DNA from: a bacterium
GTDB taxonomy: Bacteria > Patescibacteriota > Minisyncoccia > Phycocordibacterales > UBA5272
Length of the DNA stretch: 62,436 bases
Assembly: GCA_023267555.1 (NCBI GenBank)
Contig: JAHFMZ010000001.1
Span: 1 to 62,436 of the forward strand
Direction: 5' to 3'
Shown here: in pieces, positions 42,109 through 51,028 of the stretch
Position numbering within the stretch: the first letter of the stretch is position 1
Layout of the letters: each line of letters opens with the position of its first letter
Notes under the pieces: generated by a model
The model's input: the letters and a program-made list of their open reading frames with translations, nothing else
Databases searched by the model: none
Told to the model about the DNA's origin: nothing
Translations under genes and position numbers: made by a program

Positions 42109-43902
42109 ATGGAAATTAGAAACTTTTCGATTATTGCGCATATTGACCACGGCAAATCTACTCTTGCAGATAGGCTTCTTGAAGTTACTTCGACTGTTGA
42201 TAAGCGCCATATGAAAGAACAAGTGTTGGATAGTATGGAACTCGAGCGTGAGCGCGGTATCACGATTAAGATGACTCCTGTGCGAATGAATTATAAAGGA
42301 AGAGATGGTAAAGAATATATTTTGAATTTGATTGATACTCCGGGGCATATAGATTTTTCGTATGAAGTTTCTCGTTCGCTTCGTGCTGTTGAAGGAACGT
42401 TACTTTTGGTTGATTCCACTCAAGGTGTACAAGCGCAAACTTTAACTACACTTGAAATGGCGAAAGAAACAGGACTTACAATTATTCCTGTGATAACAAA
42501 AATTGATAGTCCACTAGCACAAGTGGATGATGTAAAAGAAGAAATTGTGCGATTACTTGGTTGTCGTGAAAGTGAAATACTCGCAGTGTCTGGGAAAACA
42601 GGTGAAGGTGTCAAAGAATTAATTGAAGAAATAATTTTGCGTGTACCAGCACCAAAAAGCGAATATGTAGATGAAAAAGGCAATCAAACACGGGCGCTTA
42701 TTTTTGATTTTGAATACAGCAATCATATGGGGGTTATTTTGTATGTTCGTGTACTAGACGGCAATGTGAAAGCTGGAGACACTTTAACTTTCCTTCAGTC
42801 CAAATCAAAATTTATTATTCGTGAAGTCGGAACTTTTTCTCCAGAAAAACGTGAGAAAGAAATTGTGAAAGCTGGTGAGATTGGATATATTGTGACAGGC
42901 ATCAAAGAACCAGGTATCGCACGTGTTGGAGATACAGTTACCACAGCGTCTCGACCGCTTCCAGCTTTCCCAGGATATGCCGAACCAGTGCCAATTGTAT
43001 TTGCGTCAATTTATCCAGAAAGCCAAGATGAGTTTGATGATTTGCGCTCATCTCTTTCAAAATTAAAATTATCGGATTCGTCATTAACTTTTGAAGAAGA
43101 ATCTTCTGGTGCTCTTGGCCGTGGATTTCGCTCGGGCTTCTTGGGTATGCTTCACTTAGAAATTGTAACGGAAAGACTTCGTCGTGAATTTGATCAAGAA
43201 CTCGTAGTCACGACCCCGTCTATTACTTATGAAGTGACACTTAAAAATGGAGAAGTAGAAATGGTTTATACACCGATACATTTTCCTGATCACGGTATGT
43301 ATTCTTCTGTTCGTGAGCCGTGGATTATTTTGACTTTGATTACACCCCACGACTATGTAAGTCCTTTGATGCAATTATTCCCACCACACGAAGCCGAAGT
43401 GATAAATTTGAGTGATTGGGGACATAATCGTGTAAAGATACAACTTAATATGCCACTTCGTGAACTTATGCGTAATTTTTTTAATGAAGTAAAATCTGCA
43501 TCAAGTGGTTATGCTTCTATTGTTTATGAAAAAGGGGAAATGAAACAAGCTGATGTGACACGTTTGGATGTATATGTTGCTGAAGAAAGAGTGACTGCAT
43601 TTTCTCGAGTGATACCAGAATATCGTACACGCGAAGAAAGTGAAGAAGTGGTAGAAAAATTGGAAAAGATTTTACCCAGAGAAATGTTTCGTGTAAAAAT
43701 ACAGGCTTATGTACACGGTAAAATTATTGCATCTCGTTCTATTGCACCAATGAAAAAAGATGTGACAGGATATATGTACGGAGGAGATATTACTAGAAAG
43801 ATGAAATTGCGAGAGAAACAGAAAAGGGGAAAGGATAGAATGGAAAGAGAGGGTAAGGTTCACATATCACACGATACTTTCCTTTCAATGATGAAGCCCT
43901 AA
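42109..43902 (+). CDS. lepA: Elongation factor 4
   Basis: IRNFSIIAHIDHGKSTLADR, GFLGMLHLE, YGGDITRK.KL. Confidence 0.96.
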   Translation: MEIRNFSIIAHIDHGKSTLADRLLEVTSTVDKRHMKEQVLDSMELERERGITIKMTPVRMNYKGRDGKEYILNLIDTPGHIDFSYEVSRSLRAVEGTLLLVDSTQGVQAQTLTTLEMAKETGLTIIPVITKIDSPLAQVDDVKEEIVRLLGCRESEILAVSGKTGEGVKELIEEIILRVPAPKSEYVDEKGNQTRALIFDFEYSNHMGVILYVRVLDGNVKAGDTLTFLQSKSKFIIREVGTFSPEKREKEIVKAGEIGYIVTGIKEPGIARVGDTVTTASRPLPAFPGYAEPVPIVFASIYPESQDEFDDLRSSLSKLKLSDSSLTFEEESSGALGRGFRSGFLGMLHLEIVTERLRREFDQELVVTTPSITYEVTLKNGEVEMVYTPIHFPDHGMYSSVREPWIILTLITPHDYVSPLMQLFPPHEAEVINLSDWGHNRVKIQLNMPLRELMRNFFNEVKSASSGYASIVYEKGEMKQADVTRLDVYVAEERVTAFSRVIPEYRTREESEEVVEKLEKILPREMFRVKIQAYVHGKIIASRSIAPMKKDVTGYMYGGDITRKMKLREKQKRGKDRMEREGKVHISHDTFLSMMKP

Positions 43903-43986
43903 AGAAATCTCCAAAATCATTTCATCTACTTCGTTACGGGTCCCAAGTTTCTCAGTTAACTTACAGACGATATCTTCTTTGATTTT

Positions 43987-44097
43987 TTATTGAAACAATG
44001 CAATTACTGAAAATCCAACCATTCCGACAATAGCAACAATTGATACTATTGCCCAGATATGTTGTATCCTTTTTCTATTTTTTGTACTGAAATTCAT
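43987..44097 (-). CDS. 36-aa single-TM small protein (not in ORF track)
   Basis: MNFSTKNRKRIQHIWAIVSIVAIVGMVGFSVIALFQ. Confidence 0.55.
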   Translation of the reverse strand: MNFSTKNRKRIQHIWAIVSIVAIVGMVGFSVIALFQ

Positions 44098-44138
44098 ATG
44101 TTTATTTATTTAGTTCTTGGTATAATACTAGCAAAGCT

Positions 44139-44534
44139 ATGAAAGAATATCAACAGAAGTATATGGTGCGCACGTTACTCTATTCTAGAGTAACAATAAT
44201 TTTCTTATTTCTTATCTGTATTTTGCTTTTACGTTCAATAATGGAATTGAATGATAAACGTATTGAATCTGCAAAACTTCGTAACGATTCAGCTGTTGAA
44301 CGCAAAGCTTTAGAAGATAAAGTAGCAAAAGCAGAAGCAAAAAATGCTGATATTGCTACTCCTCGCGGATTTGAAAATTATGTACGTACTACGTATCCTG
44401 TGGTAAAAGAAGGCGAAGGTGTTATTGTGATTTATGATGAAGCAAACAATTTAGTTAGCCCTGTACGTGAAGATATGACTATTTGGGAGCGTTTACTTGT
44501 GTGGTGGAATAGATTTGTGTCGCGTAAAGGTTAG
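44139..44534 (+). CDS. FtsB/DivIC-like septum formation protein
   Basis: TM plus coiled coil plus VKEGEGVIVI. Confidence 0.65.
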   Translation: MKEYQQKYMVRTLLYSRVTIIFLFLICILLLRSIMELNDKRIESAKLRNDSAVERKALEDKVAKAEAKNADIATPRGFENYVRTTYPVVKEGEGVIVIYDEANNLVSPVREDMTIWERLLVWWNRFVSRKG

Positions 44535-44542
44535 TAAAATAT

Positions 44543-44613
44543 GCGGGATTAGTTTAGTGGTAGAATGCGACCTTCCCAAGGTTGAGGCACGAATTCGATT
44601 TTCGTATCCCGCA
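44543..44613 (+). tRNA. tRNA-Gly(CCC)
   Basis: GCGGGAT/ATCCCGC; CGACC-TTCCCAA-GGTTG. Confidence 0.93.
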
Positions 44614-44688
44614 CAAAAAAGTTTTGATTTATTTTTCTAAAATCTAGTCCCTAGTCCCTAAAACCTATCCTTGTTATACTGAACATCT

Positions 44689-44928
44689 ATGGAAACAAAA
44701 AAAGTAGAAATTTATAGTACAGAAACTTGTCACTTTTGTCATATGGCAAAAGATTGGTTGAAAGAAAAAGGTGTTCCATTCACAGATTATAATGTTGGGA
44801 CAGATATGGGAAAAAGAAAAGAGATGGTAGAACTTACAGGACAAATGGGAGTGCCGGTTATAAAAATTGGGGATGAAGTTGTGGTGGGGTTTAATGAAGG
44901 TAAGTTGAAGGAATTATTGGGGGTATAA
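44689..44928 (+). CDS. Glutaredoxin/NrdH-like protein
   Basis: YST.TCHFC, GQMGVPV, VGFN. Confidence 0.9.
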   Translation: METKKVEIYSTETCHFCHMAKDWLKEKGVPFTDYNVGTDMGKRKEMVELTGQMGVPVIKIGDEVVVGFNEGKLKELLGV

Positions 44929-44948
44929 GCCATAAATCACTTCATCTG

Positions 44949-45149
44949 CAAGAATCGGTCACAAAAGCTATTTTAATATTCTGGTCACGAGTTACTAATT
45001 GTGCTAACCACACTACGTGTGGGTTGCTCATAAGTACTCTCGACCCCGCCTCGTGGTTTTGTAAAAGTCAGGAATACAACTTTTACAAAACATCACTGCG
45101 GCCCACAAAACTAAAAATCTTTAGCAGAAAAGATTTTCTTAACGTTTTG
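44949..45149 (-). mobile_element. Rearranged family B element on tRNA-Arg(CCU)
   Basis: Minus strand GGGGTCGAGAGT...ACTCGTGACC hairpin; terminal TTTTGTGACC plus GATTCTTGC (repeat of the tRNA T-arm). Confidence 0.6.
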
Positions 45150-45221
45150 TGCCCCCGGCAAGAATCGAACTCACATTAATCCCTTAGGACGGGATTGTTC
45201 TATCCATTGAACTACGAGGGC
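45150..45221 (-). tRNA. tRNA-Arg(CCU)
   Basis: ATCCC-GTCCTAA-GGGAT on the minus strand; cloverleaf. Confidence 0.92.
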
Positions 45222-45289
45222 GTTTAACGATTCTATCACATTTGTACACTTGGTAGGATATAAAAATACTATATACTAATAATATACAT

Positions 45290-45613
45290 ATGTCGTCAGA
45301 TTTAAATAATCAGGAAAAATTAGAAGCAATCTATCAGATGACATTAGAAAATAATGCTGTGTTACGTACAATACGTAGACAACAATATTTTTCTACTGCT
45401 TTAAGAGTTCTCTACTGGTTAATAGTATTAGGAGTACTGGGAAGCGTTTATTACTTTGCAAGACCACTTGTTACAGGACTCTCTGAAAATTCTAACAGAA
45501 TAGAGGAAACTCTTACTCAATTCAATCAATTACGTGGACAATTACCAGAAATAAAGATGCTTAATCAAGTCATCAATGGTATTACGCCCGCAACAGCGAC
45601 CCCAGCACAGTAA
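45290..45613 (+). CDS. Hypothetical single-TM protein
   Basis: 107-aa ORF; ENN..L..IRR followed by a TM. Confidence 0.7.
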   Translation: MSSDLNNQEKLEAIYQMTLENNAVLRTIRRQQYFSTALRVLYWLIVLGVLGSVYYFARPLVTGLSENSNRIEETLTQFNQLRGQLPEIKMLNQVINGITPATATPAQ

Positions 45614-45662
45614 AATTAAAAACCACAACAATTGTTGTGGTTTTTAATTTTACTGTGCTGGG
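45601..45662. repeat. Perfect 62-bp palindrome
   Basis: CCCAGCACAGTAAAATTAAAAACCACAACAA|TTGTTGTGGTTTTTAATTTTACTGTGCTGGG. Confidence 0.9.
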
Positions 45663-45728
45663 AGGCAGGCTCGAACTGCCGACCCTTTGCTCTTCAGGCA
45701 AATGCTCTACCAACTGAGCTATCCCAGC
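45656..45728 (-). tRNA. tRNA-Phe(GAA)
   Basis: TTTGC-CTGAAGA-GCAAA on the minus strand; cloverleaf. Confidence 0.95.
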
Positions 45729-45834
45729 ATATATTTTATTTTAACAAACTTGTTTTATAAAAATATAAGTATTATTTTAGCATAAAATTAGTAAAAATAA
45801 AACGTCGAGAAAAGGGTGTTATAATATCCTGAAT

Positions 45835-46065
45835 ATGGAAACAACAATACAAATCATCGGCTGGGTTGGAACCTTTTTAATTCTTTTGGCTTACTATCTT
45901 GTTTCAAACAAAAAGGTTGGGGCTGAAAGCAGGATGTATCAAGCAATGAATCTCATTGGGGCTATTTGTATGGGTATTAATGTTTTTTATCAACAGGCGT
46001 GGCCAGCTGTTGCTTTGCAAACTATCTGGGGAGTTATAGCAATTGTTTCCTTGGTAAAAAAATAA
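45835..46065 (+). CDS. Small membrane protein (CBU_0592-like)
   Basis: IIGWVG..LIL.AY, YQ.MNLIGA pattern. Confidence 0.75.
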   Translation: METTIQIIGWVGTFLILLAYYLVSNKKVGAESRMYQAMNLIGAICMGINVFYQQAWPAVALQTIWGVIAIVSLVKK

Positions 46066-46094
46066 AACCACCTTTTCGGTGGTTTTATTTTTTT
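46056..46094. terminator. Bidirectional intrinsic terminator
   Basis: AAAATAAAACCACC-TTTTC-GGTGGTTTTATTTT between convergent genes. Confidence 0.75.
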
Positions 46095-46638
46095 AAATTG
46101 ACTTCACTTTCAATTTTGTTTGTCTAGCCTTGTCCACCTTCGGTAATCTAATTATCAAAAGTCCGTGCTTTTCTACCGCTTCTGCATCTTCAATTTCTAC
46201 TTCGTGTGGAAGTAAAATCGTTCTTGTGAATGTTCCCCAGTAAAGTTCTTTGTAAAAATAATCATCGTGAGTGATTTGTGTATTACCATCACGTCGTCCT
46301 TTGATAGTAACCATATCACGAGTGATAGAAAGATGAAGATCTTCTGGTTTTACACCTGCCACCATAGCTTCTATGATAATTTCTGTTGGTGTTTGATAAA
46401 CATCGACTGAAAGTTCTCCTTCTTCCATATCAACATCCATATCATCCATATCTTCATTAACCATAGGACTGTGTGCTCGTGCTTTTGTTTGGAGATTTTC
46501 ATTTTTCTTACCTATATGTTTGATAGGTAATTCTTCAGCATCTTCATCTTCTCTACCGAAATCTACAATTTCATCCTCATCATCCACGCTTATAGAACCA
46601 GCGAGACGTTCAAAAAATGATTTTTTTTCTTTAAGCAT
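46093..46638 (-). CDS. Hsp20/alpha-crystallin small heat-shock protein
   Basis: VDVYQT, AGVKPEDL, FTRTILLP, GLLIIRLPK. Confidence 0.92.
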   Translation of the reverse strand: MLKEKKSFFERLAGSISVDDEDEIVDFGREDEDAEELPIKHIGKKNENLQTKARAHSPMVNEDMDDMDVDMEEGELSVDVYQTPTEIIIEAMVAGVKPEDLHLSITRDMVTIKGRRDGNTQITHDDYFYKELYWGTFTRTILLPHEVEIEDAEAVEKHGLLIIRLPKVDKARQTKLKVKSI

Positions 46639-46751
46639 AATAATAGACAGTTATATGTGTATGTGGACAGTATACAGCTTGTATTGTGTTAATGGTGAAT
46701 AGTTATACACAGGTAATAGCTTTAGCTATCAAAATACGAAATTTATTAATA

Positions 46752-48896
46752 CTAATTCCAGCTAGTCACTAAAAGAATATTATCTTTTTCATTTTTTATA
46801 TATTTCCAAAGTTCTTCTGTAATAAAAGGCATAAACGGATGTATAGTTATTATCTGTTCACGGAGTAATTTGAGGAGTAGTGTTTGCGCACTTTCCTTGT
46901 CCTTATTTTCTAATATACGAACTTTGCGAGTTTCAATAATTTCATCACAAAAAACCTTCCAAAAATAATCATAAATTTTTTCTGACGCTAAATGTAGGCG
47001 ATAATTATCAATATCACTAGTTATATCAGCGTGTTTATCTCTCCAAGCGTTGTAGGTATTTTGATCTTCATCTATAAGTTCTACTTCTTTTTCAAAGTCT
47101 TCTGTTTTTTCGAGTACAAATCGTGTTGCATTCCATATTTTATTCGCAAATAGTTTATAGGCTTTTATTTTATCTTCACTCAATTTCAAATCATTTCCCG
47201 GTCCGTTTCCAACAAGTAGCGCCATACGAAGCGCGTCTGTTCCATATTTTGAAGATAATTCACGTGGATCAAGAACGTTGCCAAGTGACTTACTCATCTT
47301 TCTTCCTTTGGCATCGCGCACCAATCCGTGAAGATAAACACTTTCAAAAGGGACTTCATTTAATGCGTATGTTGAAAACAAAATCATACGTGCTACCCAG
47401 AAAAATAAAATGTCGTGCCCAGTTTCCATCAAAGATGTCGGGTGATACAATTTCATATCTTCAGTTTTATCTGGCCAACCCAAAGTGGAGAATGTCCAAA
47501 GTCCAGATGAAAACCAAGTGTCGAGTGTGTCCTCGTCCTGCGTCCAACCTTCTCCTTCTGGTGGATTTACTCCACAATATATTTCATCTCCTTTATACCA
47601 AACAGGAATACGGTGTCCATACCAAATTTGTCTACTTATACACCAATCACGCAAATTTTCTATCCAATGGAAATATACTTTTTCAAATCGGTCTGGAATT
47701 ATTTTTATTTCTTTACCCTCAACCGCATTTATCATTAATTTTTTAAGCGTTGTCTCTATTCCAAAATGTTTAAATGGTTTATTTACAGCTATCCACCATT
47801 GTAATTTTGGTAATGGTTCAATAACTCCGCCAGTTCTTTGGGCTGTTGGAATATTTTGTACAACTTCTTCTCCATTTATAAGCAATCCTTCTGTTTTTAA
47901 CCAATTCACAACATATTCACGTGCGTCAGTTACCTTTTTGCCATTTAATTCTTCATTCGCTAGCCCATACATCTTGGCATATTCATTGATAATTTGTGGA
48001 CGAGGTAAATTATGTCTATCAGCAATTTCCCAGTCAGTCATAGAATGTGCGGGAGTTACACCGAGCGCCCCTGTACCAAAATCTTTATCAACAACTGCAT
48101 CAGCAATAACTTTTATTGTAATAGGACATCCGGCAAAAGTCATTTTGTATTCTTTTCCAACATATTCTTTATATCGCACGTCATCTGGATGCACAGCCAC
48201 TGCCACGTCACCCACTTTTGTTTCTGGTCGAGTAGAAGAAATAGCAATAGGAAAGTCGGCCGAGTATTTAAATGTATACATTATTCCTTTCCTTTCCTCG
48301 GATACAGTTTCATCGTCTGAAATAGTTGTTTGACCTTTTGGATCCCAATTCACTATTCTTTGTCCACGATAAATAAGACCATCGTCATACATTTTTTTAA
48401 ACATTGTACGTACTGCGAGATTCCTTTTTTCATCAAGTGTAAAAGCAAGACGGGACCAATCGAGAGATGAACCCATAGAACGTGTCTGTGACAAAATTGT
48501 ATTTTGACTTTCTGTTACAAATTCACCGATGCGTTTTAACATCTCTTCTCGACCAATATCGTGGCGACTTTTACCTTCTTCTTTATATATTTTCTTTTCT
48601 ATAACTGATTGAGTCGCAATAGCTGCGTGGTCGGTACCAGGGAGCCATAAAGTTTTGTATCCGTGCATACGTTTAAAACGCACAAATGTATCTTGAATCG
48701 CGAGCATAATAGCGTGTCCGGTGTGTAGTGTTCCTGTTACATTTGGTGGAGGTAATATAACTGAATAGGTTTCTTTTCTTTCCCCAGGTAAATTATCTGG
48801 ATTAAAATATTCACTTTTCTCCCACATTTCATACAAAGACGACTCAACGGATTGAGCGTTAAATGGTTTGGTTAATATCTCGGGCAATGGTTTCAT
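46752..48896 (-). CDS. valS: Valine--tRNA ligase (no C-terminal coiled coil)
   Basis: PPPNVTGTLHTGH, DWCISRQIWYGH, DTWFSS, KMSKS. Confidence 0.96.
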   Translation of the reverse strand: MKPLPEILTKPFNAQSVESSLYEMWEKSEYFNPDNLPGERKETYSVILPPPNVTGTLHTGHAIMLAIQDTFVRFKRMHGYKTLWLPGTDHAAIATQSVIEKKIYKEEGKSRHDIGREEMLKRIGEFVTESQNTILSQTRSMGSSLDWSRLAFTLDEKRNLAVRTMFKKMYDDGLIYRGQRIVNWDPKGQTTISDDETVSEERKGIMYTFKYSADFPIAISSTRPETKVGDVAVAVHPDDVRYKEYVGKEYKMTFAGCPITIKVIADAVVDKDFGTGALGVTPAHSMTDWEIADRHNLPRPQIINEYAKMYGLANEELNGKKVTDAREYVVNWLKTEGLLINGEEVVQNIPTAQRTGGVIEPLPKLQWWIAVNKPFKHFGIETTLKKLMINAVEGKEIKIIPDRFEKVYFHWIENLRDWCISRQIWYGHRIPVWYKGDEIYCGVNPPEGEGWTQDEDTLDTWFSSGLWTFSTLGWPDKTEDMKLYHPTSLMETGHDILFFWVARMILFSTYALNEVPFESVYLHGLVRDAKGRKMSKSLGNVLDPRELSSKYGTDALRMALLVGNGPGNDLKLSEDKIKAYKLFANKIWNATRFVLEKTEDFEKEVELIDEDQNTYNAWRDKHADITSDIDNYRLHLASEKIYDYFWKVFCDEIIETRKVRILENKDKESAQTLLLKLLREQIITIHPFMPFITEELWKYIKNEKDNILLVTSWN

Positions 48897-48964
48897 ATTA
48901 AAATAGGTATCACTTTATACTATCATATTTTGAAAAAAATAATTTTTCTAGTATCATTGTTTGA

Positions 48965-49477
48965 ATGTTAAAGAAACAATCGGCACTTTTAAAGAAAGGC
49001 GGAAAAACAGTAAAAAAAATAGGAAGTAAATTATCACCGAATACCAAACATTTGCCAGACCATCATTTTAAACTTGTAAAAGTAAAACGAGGACTATCGG
49101 GCTTGGGACTTTTTGCGCAAGAACCAATCAAGAAGGGTGAATTAATTATCGAATATATTGGTAATATTTTAAACAAAGAAGAAGCTGCAAAGAAAATTAC
49201 TTGTCAGTATCTTTTTGAAATAAATCCTAATAAAACAATTGACGGAACTCCGAGATGGAATATTGCGCGATATTGTAATCACGCTTGTGAAGACGCCGCA
49301 AATGCAGAAAGTGATATCAAAAAGGGACGCGTTTTTATTAAGGCAATCAAGAATATAAAAGAAGGTGAAGAAATCGTTTATGATTATGGGGAAGAATTTG
49401 TGGAAGAACACATCGCTCCACACGGATGTAAATGTATTGGTTGTAATGTAAGAAAAGTATTAGACCATAAATCTTAA
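48965..49477 (+). CDS. SET-domain protein lysine methyltransferase with post-SET Cys cluster
   Basis: GLGLFA, IEYIG, ARYCNHAC, GEEIVYDYG, CKCIGC. Confidence 0.92.
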   Translation: MLKKQSALLKKGGKTVKKIGSKLSPNTKHLPDHHFKLVKVKRGLSGLGLFAQEPIKKGELIIEYIGNILNKEEAAKKITCQYLFEINPNKTIDGTPRWNIARYCNHACEDAANAESDIKKGRVFIKAIKNIKEGEEIVYDYGEEFVEEHIAPHGCKCIGCNVRKVLDHKS

Positions 49478-49586
49478 TTTATTAATTTTTTGTTAAAACA
49501 AAGATCTCAATTTTGAGGTTTTGTTTTTGTTTTAACTATATGATAGTTTGGTAAATAGTAGCCCATTGTTGTCTAAATTAAGGAGA

Positions 49587-50117
49587 ATGGCCGTGTTTAA
49601 ATCAAATGATGAAAGAGTTATGTTTTTGAATGACAGTACTTTGTTGTTCCCAGAAATAACTACAGATAATCGTAGCCTAGAAGAATTAATTGAAAGTGTT
49701 ATAGCGAAAGGCTATCGTATCGATAAATTCTCAAGGGAAATATTAGATAATGAGAAAGAAGCATTGGTTGCTACCGACAGCAAAAAAATAAGACTAGCTG
49801 TTGTCAGGGGACATCCTTACTCGGACTGTGTAAGTCCACCTACGGCCAATGCTTTTGCTTATAACGCCAAGCTGTCTCGTCCATCTTTGCGTGATACTCT
49901 TTATCTTTGTGAGCTCCTTTCCTCAATAAATCTTGAACGATTCAAGGTTCGTCTTTTGTTTGTAATGCACGAACCAGTTTTACTTCCAAGAGTAACAGGG
50001 AAGGAACATTTGCTTTGGATAGGTTTTGGTGATGGTGAAAAAGTTTTGGCGGCTTTTTACTATAACGAAGGTGATATTTATTATCAAAACACCGGATATG
50101 CTTTCTTCTTGCCGTAA
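49587..50117 (+). CDS. Orphan protein, SD-led
   Basis: AAGGAG immediately upstream of ATG 49587. Confidence 0.6.
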   Translation: MAVFKSNDERVMFLNDSTLLFPEITTDNRSLEELIESVIAKGYRIDKFSREILDNEKEALVATDSKKIRLAVVRGHPYSDCVSPPTANAFAYNAKLSRPSLRDTLYLCELLSSINLERFKVRLLFVMHEPVLLPRVTGKEHLLWIGFGDGEKVLAAFYYNEGDIYYQNTGYAFFLP

Positions 50118-50387
50118 TTTTCCAACGCATAATTTTTTGTTTTTTTAGAAAACTTCTACAGATTTTTAGTAGAGGTTTTTTATTTTTTAACTTATTTATG
50201 CGAATGCTTTGCACTTGCATCTATATAAAAAATAATTTAAAAAAATAATTTTGAGTTATCCACATATTTGTTTTGTAAATCTATTGTTGTTGTTTGTATG
50301 TGTGTAATACTTATAAGTAGAGAGGTGATGATCATGGTCGTGATCAAAATACAAACACTCTCTTATTTGTATAACATAAAAAATATT

Positions 50388-50468
50388 ATGGCAGCAAAAA
50401 AGAAAGCAGCTAAGAAATCAGCTAAGAAGAAAGTTGCAAAGAAGAAGAAGTCAGCAAAGCGTGGTTAA
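50388..50468 (+). CDS. 26-aa Lys/Ala-rich histone-H1-like peptide
   Basis: MAAKKKAAKKSAKKKVAKKKKSAKRG followed by terminator AAAAAATCACCG/CGGTGATTTTTT. Confidence 0.7.
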   Translation: MAAKKKAAKKSAKKKVAKKKKSAKRG

Positions 50469-50635
50469 TCACACTTTGTGAAACTTGAAAAAATCACCGC
50501 TCCCACGGTGATTTTTTCTTTATTTTGTTTATAAAATAGCGTTTGATTAACAAGAGGGTTTGTTGTAATATTGTTACGGTATTAGATGATAATTAGTTTT
50601 TACTTTGTTCTTATTTATATGAGGGAGGGTCGACT

Positions 50636-50863
50636 ATGTATGATGTGCGTGCGAGTGAGATTTTTGCAGAACGAATTTCTGCGAATGTCGTTAGAGAGAC
50701 TTTTCTTGTTTTGCAAGAACAAAAATTTTTACCGTGGAAAGCAATACATAATGAGTGTTTGAGTTTACCGTTGGCAATAGCCAAAGCGTCACTTACAAGT
50801 TCAAAAAGAGGCGATGGTCACCTTTTGGAAAACGAATTGGATATATTTGTTAACCCTAAATAA
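50636..50863 (+). CDS. Small orphan protein, SD-led
   Basis: GGGAGG upstream of ATG. Confidence 0.5.
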   Translation: MYDVRASEIFAERISANVVRETFLVLQEQKFLPWKAIHNECLSLPLAIAKASLTSSKRGDGHLLENELDIFVNPK

Positions 50864-51028
50864 ATATATGGCCCAAGTTTGTCTTCAAGTCGGAGATATG
50901 TCCCACGTTCATTCTTTTTTACGTGCTGCTCATACAAAATAAATAACAAAAATAAACAAAATAAAGTATTGAGTAATGCTCCGCCTAGTGTGGGGCATTT
51001 GTTATAAATATGTTATAATAGCTCGACA

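Noticed and set aside
47123..48333. 207-aa and 282-aa plus-strand ORFs
   Set aside because: Lie antisense within valS; no recognisable motifs
50256..50264. DnaA boxes as the replication origin
   Set aside because: Boxes are isolated (8484, 10117, 46703, 50256), not clustered, and dnaA/dnaN are not in the window
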